Assembly: GCA_008369845.1 (NCBI GenBank)
Contig: MRSU01004726.1
Location: forward strand, 45,710-65,709
Length of the DNA stretch: 20,000 bases
DNA from: Trichomonas gallinae
Lineage: Eukaryota
Direction of reading: 5' to 3'
Below the pieces are notes generated by a model. It was not told where the DNA came from and did no database searches. It was given only the letters and a program-made list of their open reading frames with translations. The position numbers and the translations under genes were made by a program. This document shows positions 1 to 11,700 of the stretch, piece by piece. Each line of letters begins with the position of its first letter. The stretch's first letter is position 1.

Positions 1-360
1 GAATATTTTTGACTTTGCTTCATGGCAATATATTAAAGTGTTGATAATCATCTATTTCCTTTATTTAAATTTTATTTTCTCAGAATATTTAAATGGAATT
101 TCATATGTCGAAAAATCGTATAAATTGCTTCGTAGTTTATGGTTAAGAAGCAATGCATAATCTAATCACATTTTTATACTTCATAAAGCAAATTATCATT
201 ATCGAAAATATAATTACCCGAAACTATTAAAGGAATAATTGATTTTAGCGCCATATCACCATAATAAATCGATAATAGCGAATCAGTTATCGATTAATCA
301 ATTACAGTTAAAGTTCATCGTATTTGGTTATGGATTTGACAAGTAACGTTAAATTTTTGA
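1..360 (-). pseudogene. Possible decayed BspA-like (TpLRR) surface protein relic
   Basis: Minus-strand translation gives stop-riddled peptides such as PLIVSGNYIFDNDNLLYEV*KCD*IMHCF and HFNILP*SKVKNI, which resemble trichomonad BspA-like repeat motifs. No ORF; the resemblance is weak. Confidence 0.25.
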
Positions 361-990
361 ATGAAATTTAATAATAATAAACATAATATTAATAATAAAC
401 ATATGTAGACAAGTGAAAAGTATTTTATGAAAATCATAACGTTAATTTTTTAAAACTCACATTTAACATTCAATAAATGCATTGATATTCTCCAAAACAG
501 ATAATCTTTTGAAAGAAAATAACGTATTTTGATTTTCACAGTTATGATCAACTATTATAATTTTCAATCAGTGTCTAATAAAGAGTAGAATTATAGTTGG
601 CCGGCAAATATTTTATACAAACAAAATAAAGAATAAAATTACCAACAACAAAGAGTTAATCATTGGCTTCAATATGTTAAAATTTTACGATGGATAATTA
701 TTTTGAATGCAATACAACAAATAGTTTTTTTTTTTTCAGAAATTTTAATATTATTTTAATATTAATATTATTTCAATTCTATTTTTATATGAATTCTAAT
801 ATCAAAAGGACTCTCAGTATATCTAACGATAACTTTTGAAAATTAAATACAAAATCAATTCATCAAAATATTTGAGAACTTTTCAAAATACAATAATTGC
901 AAATGCATTATATAACACAACTATCATAAATTTTCGTGATATATTTGGAGTTTGAAATAAATATTCAATTTTTGATTTATATTTAATAAA

Positions 991-3900
991 ATGCTTCCTA
1001 TTTTACTCGTAATTGCGTGCTCAAACGGTTTTAGCTGGCATGCATCAAACGATAATGACAATTATTTATATAGTTTACGCTATAATAATCAGGAATTCTT
1101 CAAATCTCATATTGGATTCAATGTCGATGAAATAGATTTTGAAATTCCTGCAAACAAAAGAGACTTCTTTTGGGCTCATGGCATTAGTGTTACACCAGAA
1201 TTTTACGTTCCTGAAGATGAAGACTCAATTTATATGAAGATTCATGTAAAAAGTAACTACACAGGAAATCGTATTTTCAAATTATACACATACGGAAAGT
1301 TACAACTAGAGAATGATCCAAATGGTAACGTTTATGGATATGGTTTATCTGATTTCAACAAGTTTTGGAAAGGATTGTACGTTTCCGATAAGAATAGTTC
1401 TAAAAAGATTTCAATGGAACCAATTTATGACAACAATATATATCGTGGCCCAAGCAAGATTTATTATGATTCAAAGGGAATAGATCTATTTCCTTTCCAA
1501 TCAAATTTTACGGCTATTAGATTTTATTACGATGACCAATCTTTAGATTTTCTTGATGAATTCATTTATTGCATTAAATTTTCTTCAGAAACCCAAATTG
1601 ATGAAACACTAATTACAGATGTTGTGTTGCCTTCTGGAATTCTGGAAAAAGGAATGATAACTATGAATGTTTCCATTAAAAATGTATATAAAGGACAAGA
1701 AATTAGAATTTTCAAAAGAAGCGACCAAAAAAGTGAATCAATCAAATTTCTAAAAATAAAAGAAGAAACAGAAGTTATTAATTTTTCAATAGACTATGAT
1801 GCCAAAAATGAAGGAAAACATGATTTTCAACTTGTTTGTCTCACCAAGTCATTGACACATTCAGTTGCGATATATAATGTTGAGTTTTTCATTGGTTATT
1901 ATCCAAAAATAAGGCTTGTTTCTGAAATACCAGAATTATTTTATACAAATGACACCGTGAATTTAACTTTCGAAGTTGATTGTCAATATAGTGGAGCAGG
2001 ATACATGTATATTTACTTAATTGATACATGGACAAAAGAAGAAATGTTCACATTTGACAATAATACCGGACCAGAAAATTATACCTTCAGTTTTACACCT
2101 TCATCTATTGAAAGATATAGAGTAAGAAATATGAATGAAACATTTAAAGTAAAATTTTATGTGGTTCGCTCAGAGTTGATTTCAGATAGTGTTATCATCC
2201 CTATAACATTCTTCACACCAAAACTTAGTCCTCCTCAAAAATTAATATTAACATCAGACTTAACAGGCGAAAGAATCGAATCTAATACAAGTTTCCATAT
2301 TAAAATTAAATATAATATCATTCATCAAGATATTGGTGAAAATGTATCATTACATCTAAGAATTATGGATTATTATTATTTCCAATCGATATTTGGAGAT
2401 ACAGTTATGAGCTTCATATCGGATGGAAATAATCATTCATATACATTTGAATACGAATATAATTTCAATAATTTTGAATCCCGCATGTTAGATGTTACTG
2501 CATATGCAGAAGATTCAAATGGTACCATTTCCGAATTTGTTTATACATACTATTCAACACCTTATAGATCCATGCACCTCAATGTTTCAAAATATGTTGA
2601 TACAGGATCTGAGGTTCAAGTTGCATGCTATATAAATTACTTGCCACGAGATACTATTATGAACGTAACAATAATCAAAAATGAGGAGGAAATTGTTGCC
2701 ACTGGGCTTTATACAGTTAATGACCAATATAGAACTGACGACATTGTACTTACATTTCTAGCTTCAAATGTAGTAGAAATCACACATTACAAGATTATTG
2801 CTAATTCAGTGGATAGCAAGTATCAAGTTTACGATTATTTCTCTTTAATATCATCAAGACCTCCAACTATTCATAATATCAATTTATTGAACCATGAAGT
2901 CGGACTGTTAGAAGATATAATTTTTGAAATCAACTATACAAGCAATTTTGATCTTGATCCATCAGTTTTATTCGATAATAGAGGCTATTTAGAATTTGGC
3001 GATAAATTATTAACAACAAATGGAGAATGGAAAGTAATCAATTTAACTATGCATACTAAAATGTCTGGTATATATGATGCAATAGGAATTAATACATATG
3101 ATGAAGAATACAATTCTTGGTTATTACTTCACTATGCAGGCTATATTCAATATGGAATTCATAATGTATCTATAAATTTCAGAACCGACTCATATGATAT
3201 ATTTGGTCCATTTTCCTTTGATTTTGAACTAATTAAAAAAACAAACGCAGAATTGAACTTTTATCTTAGTGAGTCAATTTATCTTTATACTGAAACCGTG
3301 ACTCTCAAATATCACTTAGTAGTAAGTTTTTATGTAAGTCCAATTAAGATATATTATTCAACTGGAGAATCAGATCCAATTTTAATCAACACAATTGAAT
3401 CCACAATATACGATGATATCACATACGTAGCTCCACTTCCTGAATTGAGTGATGAAAAACTATTAGCAATAAAAATATTTGCAAAAGATGATAGAGGTAT
3501 TGTTGCTGAGCATATTGTAACTACAGATGTTCTAGAATATGTCACATATTCACAAATTAACCTCGATCAATATCAATTTTCCGATTCAAACCTCAGTTTA
3601 TCATTTTGGATCCGCGGTGTTCGTCCAAGAAAGCAAATAACTATAATAGTTACAACTGGCGATGGCCGGTATTCATATACATTTTCAGACCCTACATATT
3701 TCGTGAATTCTACGAGAGAAAAAATTAATTTTGATATAAGTGTTCCAGTAGCTTCAGGACAGTGCTATGTTTATGTCAAAACAGGTGATGCAGAAAGAAA
3801 CTATATATATAATAGTTATATTTATTCAATTGAGAGGAAAGATTATCGAATAGAGGTAAATTGGAAAGATTCGTATTACCTTGGAGAATTACTTACAATT

Positions 3901-4497
3901 ACTTTCAATAAAACAGGTTTACGTTACTATTTTGGTACAGAAGAATATCTCGATAAAGGAACAATACAATATTTAACAGCACCTTATAGATTAAATGCAT
4001 TTCACCCAGGAATGCACAACATCACATTTATTGTCTATGATAGAACATATTACAATTTCACACATGAAGCAATGATTCTTCCAAAGTTTACTACACAGTA
4101 TGCTGTGGAAAATTATCATAATACAAAATACAGATATTCTGAAACTGCCAAATTTAATATTCAAGTTCGTGATGGAAATATTGGAGGAAATATTACAATC
4201 AAAGCTATTGTTAATAATGAAGAAATCATAATTTATAAACAAGAATCAAATGGTAAATTAGTTAATTATCAATATGAATACGTATATCCAAAAGTAAGTA
4301 GAACAAATTACGTTAAGTTCTTTATTGAAACTGAAGTCGGAATATTTCAGACGAATAATTTTGAAGTTAATGTTAAGAGAAATTATTTTATTGAAGCTAA
4401 AAAAGAGCAAAATATGTTTAAATCTGGTGACCGATTCAATATTTCTATAACAGGATATGATTTTAACCCTAGTTCTAAAGTTAATCTATCTATATAA
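991..4497 (+). CDS. Bap-like surface protein, N-terminal segment (signal peptide plus Ig-like repeats)
   Basis: 1168-aa ORF with AAAATG start context and a signal-peptide-like N-terminus. It terminates in the middle of a repeat. Confidence 0.75.
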   Translation: MLPILLVIACSNGFSWHASNDNDNYLYSLRYNNQEFFKSHIGFNVDEIDFEIPANKRDFFWAHGISVTPEFYVPEDEDSIYMKIHVKSNYTGNRIFKLYTYGKLQLENDPNGNVYGYGLSDFNKFWKGLYVSDKNSSKKISMEPIYDNNIYRGPSKIYYDSKGIDLFPFQSNFTAIRFYYDDQSLDFLDEFIYCIKFSSETQIDETLITDVVLPSGILEKGMITMNVSIKNVYKGQEIRIFKRSDQKSESIKFLKIKEETEVINFSIDYDAKNEGKHDFQLVCLTKSLTHSVAIYNVEFFIGYYPKIRLVSEIPELFYTNDTVNLTFEVDCQYSGAGYMYIYLIDTWTKEEMFTFDNNTGPENYTFSFTPSSIERYRVRNMNETFKVKFYVVRSELISDSVIIPITFFTPKLSPPQKLILTSDLTGERIESNTSFHIKIKYNIIHQDIGENVSLHLRIMDYYYFQSIFGDTVMSFISDGNNHSYTFEYEYNFNNFESRMLDVTAYAEDSNGTISEFVYTYYSTPYRSMHLNVSKYVDTGSEVQVACYINYLPRDTIMNVTIIKNEEEIVATGLYTVNDQYRTDDIVLTFLASNVVEITHYKIIANSVDSKYQVYDYFSLISSRPPTIHNINLLNHEVGLLEDIIFEINYTSNFDLDPSVLFDNRGYLEFGDKLLTTNGEWKVINLTMHTKMSGIYDAIGINTYDEEYNSWLLLHYAGYIQYGIHNVSINFRTDSYDIFGPFSFDFELIKKTNAELNFYLSESIYLYTETVTLKYHLVVSFYVSPIKIYYSTGESDPILINTIESTIYDDITYVAPLPELSDEKLLAIKIFAKDDRGIVAEHIVTTDVLEYVTYSQINLDQYQFSDSNLSLSFWIRGVRPRKQITIIVTTGDGRYSYTFSDPTYFVNSTREKINFDISVPVASGQCYVYVKTGDAERNYIYNSYIYSIERKDYRIEVNWKDSYYLGELLTITFNKTGLRYYFGTEEYLDKGTIQYLTAPYRLNAFHPGMHNITFIVYDRTYYNFTHEAMILPKFTTQYAVENYHNTKYRYSETAKFNIQVRDGNIGGNITIKAIVNNEEIIIYKQESNGKLVNYQYEYVYPKVSRTNYVKFFIETEVGIFQTNNFEVNVKRNYFIEAKKEQNMFKSGDRFNISITGYDFNPSSKVNLSI

Positions 4498-5720
4498 GTT
4501 TTGGATCTATACAACAATCTTATTAATAGTTTCATGTATCCAAATTATATTCAATTTGATGAAAATTTTACATCAAACTTGATAGTATCAATTACAGTTC
4601 CTAAACATTATGGAACAAATTATGTTAAATTCACTATGTTCGATGATCTCGGTAATTCATGCGTTAAAGAATTAAGTTATTATCAAAACGATCCACCTAT
4701 TATATACAACGTCAGCACTCCCACAGGTATATTTGCACTTAATGGAGAACTGGAATTTCATTTCACTGCATTGGATGAAAATTACATTCAAATTTATTAT
4801 CTATTTGATTTCAATCAATGGTCTGATCCATGGGAAGATCTATGGCATAGTTATAATTCAATAAATTCTATTGATGAACTAAATGGTGAGTTGAAACAAA
4901 CGACAGCTATTCTTTATTTTAGAAGATCTTTACAGCCAGGAAATCATACAATTTACTATTATTTTACAGATTCAAATGACCTTGAACCAGATGGGGATAA
5001 GATAGTATATAATTATTCTTTTATTATTTACAATTCTCTTCGTCCAGAAATTGAATTATCACATTATTATTCTTCTACTAATCCTTATGATAATATAACA
5101 GTAGACATTAGCTGTATCGATTATAATAATGGTCAATATATAACTTTATATTGCAAATATCGTGGAATGGGTGATGATTATTTAATCGCAAAATCATTTG
5201 TTACATCTGGCAAGTATTATGAAACAACACTCTCATTTCCTGCTTACCTTATTCCAGATAATGTTAATGAAATTATATTTTGGGCCAAAAACGAATTTGA
5301 TATAACATCGCCTTCACAAACAATGCAATTTCATATTGTTGATTACTCCACAGTTCAAATAGTTTCTACACAAAAAGACTGGTATAATCCTGGCGAGACA
5401 GTCAAAGTATCATTTATTGCCAAAGGATTTTCGCCAAACTCAACAATATTGATAAATTCAACATTGAGAAAAGTTAGAAATTCCGAAGACACTCCAATTA
5501 CTAGTGTTGCTGTTAAGATGAATATAGATTATATGTCTGATATTATTGATATTTCATTTACATTGCCACTGGAAAAGGGAAAATATATATTGTATCTCAT
5601 ATCAGATAGAGATACAGCAACTCAGTTCTTTACCATTTCTCGGCCACCTCAAATATTATATTGGGAACCAACACGTGAACGATACTTTATTAATGGAGTT
5701 ATCAACTTTAATGCGGAAAT
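4498..5720 (+). CDS. Bap-like surface protein, middle segment (same frame as segment 1, no ATG start of its own)
   Basis: The annotated start at 4501 is TTG directly after TAA GTT. Repeat motifs continue (NDPPII, LRPEIEL, GFSPN, SRPPQIL). Confidence 0.7.
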
Positions 5721-8700
5721 TACGATGATAATGGATATGTAACTATCATTGCATATTTTGATGATTATTCACCATATAATTATCGTGTAGATCTCAATCA
5801 AACCCATATTGTATCCCAACAAATCCCAATACCAAATTGGATTCCAATTGGAGATCATGAGATCACCATTGAACTACAGGATGATTTTGATGTGTACTCA
5901 GAACCAATTACGAGAAAATTTTATTATGAAAACCAAAATGCACCAGTTCTGAATATTGTACCAAGCACTTATAGAAAATTTTTCAATTATTATGAAACAA
6001 TTTCTTTCAATGTAAGTGTGAGAGATCTTGATTCAGAGGATGATGTATATGTATATGTCAAAACAAATAATGAGCAACGTATTGAATTGATAAATACATA
6101 CTCAAATTCTGACTGGCATTCAACTATATACACATATAAGATTCCAAATATTACTGGAAGAACAGTTCTCGAGTTTTCAACCGAAGACTCTTCAGGAGCA
6201 GAAGGATTAAGTGAAAAATTCAATTTTGATATCACTAGATATCCACAGGTTGTCTTACTCTCAAGAATTGCAAGAAATTATTTACCAGGAGATATTGTTA
6301 CAATCAAAGGATTTATTGCTGATTTCATACCAGGAAATTATGCACAAGTTTTTTATAAAGTAGATGATGGAAGCTATGAAAATATGGAATATATCGGAAC
6401 GAATCAGTTATTAATGAACGATAACTATTCATCAGATATTTTTGAATTTAATATTACTCTTCCATCTGTGACTTTAAAATCTAATCTTTATATATGGGCA
6501 GTTAATCAATATCGAGAATCAACGTACGTTAATCAATACAGTTTTATTATCAATACTCCACCAAAGCTTGAATCTTGGTCTTCATTGAAATCTGAAATTG
6601 CAATTGGTGAATCTTTTCCAGTCACATTCACAGCTACTGATGATTCCACATTCAGAATTTATGGTAGATTCGATAGTGAAAGTACAAACAATTATCATAT
6701 ATACAGTAATAGTCTCAGTCTTGAAAATCCTCATCAAGAGAAAACAGTTTATTTTACACTTCCTTATTGGCTTACATACACAAATCATACTTTATCCATT
6801 TGGATTAAAGATATATATGAAAGTATGTCAGAAGTATTAACAAAGTCATTTACATATGTGAATTCTCATGCTCCTGAACTTGCGAAGGTCTCATCAATAG
6901 ACCTAGATAGGAAATATCTATTTTCAGAAAAACTACAAGTTAAAGGAAAAGTTAGAGATATTGATCCACAGAATACAATTAATATTGAATATTCATTCGA
7001 CAATGGAGAATATCATATCATTGATACCCAAACATCTGATGGTAATTTCCATGACTTCATGTGTGAAATTCCTGTTCCAAAAACTGATGGTGAACACATT
7101 TTAAGACTTCGTGCTGTTGATCAATCTTCGGCAATTTCAAACATCGTGGAAAATTATTTTAATGTAAAACGCGCCAGATATATCAAATTCTTGAACAAAT
7201 TCGAAACAGCATATGAAATGAATTCTGTAATCAATGTTTCAGTGCAGTTGTGTGATTTCACTCCACAAAAAGATATTACACTGAAGTACACATTTAACAA
7301 TGAAGTTCATGATATTGGTATAGTTCATGTTGATGATAATTATATCGCAGATATTGCAAACTTTACTATCCAACTTCCAGACAAACTTGTTGATCTATAT
7401 CTCGTGATCTCAGCTCAGGAAGATTCTTTTGCTATAATCCGTGACCAATATATAGTCATTAACACTGCACCAGAATTTTTCTTGTGGAATGAGATCAAAC
7501 CTGTATATTATAGACCAGCAAATATTCATGTTGAAACCGGCTTCATTGATAACAAAGGTGTTAAGATTTATTACCAGATTAATGATGAATTACCTGAAAA
7601 CGTAAATTATTATTTTATCAGAACAAATGGAAAACTTGTCAATACTTCATTCAATATCAATATTGACAGAAGTTATGATTTCGCATTCGATCTTAAGTTA
7701 TATGTGCAAGATGCAAGCGGTTGGAAATCAAATATAATTACAAAAAAGGTTTCATACAATACTTCATATTCAACCCCAGAACTGTTACTAATTGATGAAA
7801 GACAGTTTTATGGTCTTTCAGAGTCTTTCGAATGCACAGCACTGGTTACAGATAGACATGCAGGAAATAATGTGAGTATTCTATACCGTATCAATGATGA
7901 TGGTGAATTCAGAGAAATTGACTCATTCGATTCTCAAGGAGTTGAGGTTTCACGCAAATTGGTTATTCCAATTCCACATGTTGAAGGAATTTATATAATG
8001 TATATTTACGTTATCAATAGTGATGAAATTGAGTCTCAAGTTTATTCCATTCAATACAAAGTTTCTCGTACATACAATATTTCCTTCACGAAGAAACCAG
8101 AAACTTATTATCTAGCTGGCAGCCAAATCAACATTTCGGGTTATGCATCAGATTTTGATCCTGGAACAGCTGTTGATGTATATTATCAGCTTGATTCAAA
8201 TCCACTTCAATCTGTTGGCCAAGTTATATCACAAGAAAACTATCTCAGCAATCAATTTAGCATTTTGTTGAATAATTATGATGATTCAAAAGTTCACAAT
8301 CTAAAAATTTATCTACAAATCGGTTCAAAACAATATTATAACTATAACTGGCGTTTCATTATCAATTATCCTCCATCATTAAATATCACACGAAATGAGC
8401 GCAATATATACTACATTAATGACCATTTTGATATTGATATATATCTTAAAGATAACACAATATGTAAGCTTTATTATGTGTTCAACGATGCAAAACCAAA
8501 AGAATATTTCATTGATTACAGGGCCTATGGCAATATTATGCATTATAAGAGACAAATAACAGTACCAAAATTGAAGCGAGGATCAAACACACTCAACATT
8601 TATGCTATCGATGAATTTGAAACTCGTTCAGAGACAATTTCAATTCCATTCACATTTGATGATACAAAATTTGCTCCGCAAATAATATATTCATTTGATG

Positions 8701-11700
8701 AATCAAAGCAACATTTTGCATATCATGAAACAATCGATATTTCCGGAAAGATTCTCGGAATATATGGAAGCAATGTTTCATTCTATTATAAATTCAACGA
8801 TACAGAATACGAAAGATTGGATTCAATCATTGCTACAAATGAGTGGCAAAACTTTAATGTCAATATTAAAGTTCCTCGTAGAAACAATATCTTTATTTTG
8901 ACCTTCGAAGCAAGAAATGAATTAGGAGGAACCACTGAGTTCATTACACACATTTTCAAAGTTGAAAAAAAGCCTGGCATCTACCTTGATCCATCAATGC
9001 CAAAGGCATTCAAGCGTGGTGATAGTGTTACAGTGAAGGGGTATATAGGAGATTATGATCAAGGAGAAGAGTTTTCAATTTATTATTCATTAACCCATGA
9101 ATCAAACATCCGGAAACTACTTGATGAATCAAAGATATTTGTTGCGAAATTAACCACAAATGAAAACATGCGCACTGATCCATTCTCTTTCAGCTTAACA
9201 ATACCTGAAGTTGAAACAAAACAAAAGTTTGATATTTGGGCTGAGCAGTCAGGTCGTAAAGTTATTGAAATAAATAATGCAGCAAATATTCTCAACATTG
9301 AGCCAGAGCTCTTGATTCTTAATACAATACAAACAAAATTTTACAACAAAGGTTTCATAGATCTTGACATCAGACTTAAAGATGACCAAACAGCTGCAGT
9401 ATTCTATTACATTGATGATTTTCCAACTGTACAACTGACAAATTGGACAGAATGTAACGGAAGTTATGAATACTTGTATCACAAACAAATTGAAATAATT
9501 AATAACACGCTGGAATTTAATAAGATACACACACTTAATCTTTATGCTAAGGATACAGAAGGAGGAACATCGCCGCTCATCAAATATCAATTTTGGATCG
9601 AAGATGGAAATCCACCAATTAAAGAAATCTTAAACGAAACAAGACAAATCAACATTTTTGGTAATGATATAATTACAGTTTGGGGTAGAGTCATGGATAA
9701 AGATGTTGGTGACACAGTTAAAGTCGTTTACTCTATTAATAATGGGCCAGAAACTGTCATATTCAATGAGAAAGCTACAGGTGACTGGCAATACTTCAAT
9801 TACAATTTCACTATTCCAACAGGATCAGGAGTTATGATGTATTCATTTCAAGCCATAGATCAGTATGCAGCAAAGTCTCGGTATTCTGATTATTATATAA
9901 AATCTGACGCTATATATAATGCAAAACCAATTCCATTTAAAAAGCCATCATCACCAAGTGAGAGTGGTGGCTATTCTGGCGAAATATATACCCCCAATTC
10001 ATACTGTGGATACAACGAAATATGTTCAATGGATTTAATAAAATCTGATCTAAAAATAACAGATATCGTAAAACAAAGTGGTGCCGTAGGACCTCAAGGA
10101 ATGGTGTGGCCCGAAAATACAAGACTAGTTGTTAGATATGTTGAAAATGTTGGAACAAAATTTAAGATGGAATATAAGACAATAGAAAATACAATGACGA
10201 TGGAAAAATTTATTAAAACATATGCAAAAGATTCTGTTGGTGGACATCTTGAAATTCTGATTCAAGATAATGAAACTAATTCAACACTTAGAACAATTAT
10301 GCAACCACTTGTATTTTATCCACCACCTCATTTTCAGATAATGGAAGATTTATTGAACTCATACTACGGAAATGCATACATCAACTTAGATTTGCTGATT
10401 ACTGCTCGTTCGAATGGACAAGTAAGATACAGAATTGATGATGGAGATGTTAAAAACAGTACAGAAATGATGCTAATAAATGGTAAATATAGATCTCGCA
10501 GCCAAGTTGAAATCCTCAAAGATAGCATTGCGTACACGAGACATAATATTGAATTCTGGGTTGTTGATGAGATCGGAAGAGAATCAAATCATTCAACACA
10601 TGAATTCCTTTATTACAATTTCGACACGCCAACACTTGATATCCATGAAGATGAAACAGAAGATGATGTCTACAATGAAGGCGAGAATGTTACAATCAAA
10701 GGTACAATTAAAGATGATGATGAAGATAAAAATCTCACAGTATGGGTCAGCGTTGATGAAGAACCATTTATTGATGCTTATAGATGTCATGCAGAAGATC
10801 GCCCATATTGTGAAAACTTCGAATATTCATTCCCTGCATCAGGCAAAAATGGTACTCATAAAGTAACAGTTCAAGTTAGAGATGACAAAAATGCTTCATC
10901 AAAGAATTATGAGAAACCATTCATTTTCATCAACAACACAGATAACAATCCAACCGATCCAATTAATCCAAATGATCCTGGAAGTGGGTCTGACTCAGGA
11001 AGTGGTGAGTCTGGTTCAGGAAGTGGAGGGTCTGGCTCAGGAAGTGGTGAGTCTGGCTCAGGAAGTGGAGGGTCTGGCTCAGGAAGTGGAGGGTCTGGCT
11101 CAGGAAGTGGAGGGTCTGGCTCAGGAAGTGGAGGGTCTGGCGCAGGCGGTGATGGATCACATGCAAATATTCCTCCAGCAAGGACTCCATTAACACCAAT
11201 TCCAACAAGGCTTCCTTATGATTTCACTGGAAAGACTTCAGCAATAATGATTCCTACATATTCATTGATTAAAACAAACAATTCGAATGGAGAAGAAGTT
11301 TTCGTCTATGTAGAAGTCATGACAGAATATAACATTTCGATTCCTACAACATCTGAAAAAGTCGAGATAGGATTCTTCGACACAGTATTCGGAAAATACG
11401 TCTTATGGCCACTACTTGTTTTCGTTGTCCTCGTTATTGTTGGTGTTGTCATTCTTGTCATCTTGCTTAAGAGGCAGGATGAAAAAGAAGAAGAAGTAAG
11501 TGTTGATAATCTTGCATTCGAAGAAACTGTTCAGATTGGAACAACTACTGATGGCACAATCACTAACAATAATCCTCTGTACACGACAACAGGTGGCGAA
11601 GATGATCCATTCCATGATGACTTTGAAGAACAAGATAACTATCATCAAGATTCGATCGAAAATGACAATGAAGAAATTGTTGATTCAGAATCAGAATCTG

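Noticed and set aside
366..402. TAATAATAAACATA duplicated
   Set aside because: Low-complexity AT-rich microduplication with no evident significance.
4495..4497. TAA reassigned to an amino acid (alternative genetic code)
   Set aside because: Only one in-frame TAA occurs in ~3,500 codons of AT-rich sequence, and TAA terminates other genes here (11726, 12593, 15319).
5712..5725. Programmed -1 ribosomal frameshift site
   Set aside because: GCG GAA ATT AC is not an in-frame X XXY YYZ heptamer, and no strong downstream structure is evident.
4440..5900. Introns removing the stop codon or the frameshift
   Set aside because: No trichomonad-type GT...ACTAAC..AG intron signal is visible at either lesion, and protein repeat motifs continue without a gap.
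10980..11144. CRISPR array
   Set aside because: Head-to-tail repeats with no unique spacers, inside a coding frame, and no cas genes.
10882..11208. Overlapping ORFs with LAQEVEG / LSQTLHF repeats
   Set aside because: These are alternative-frame readouts of the stop-free 21-bp minisatellite.
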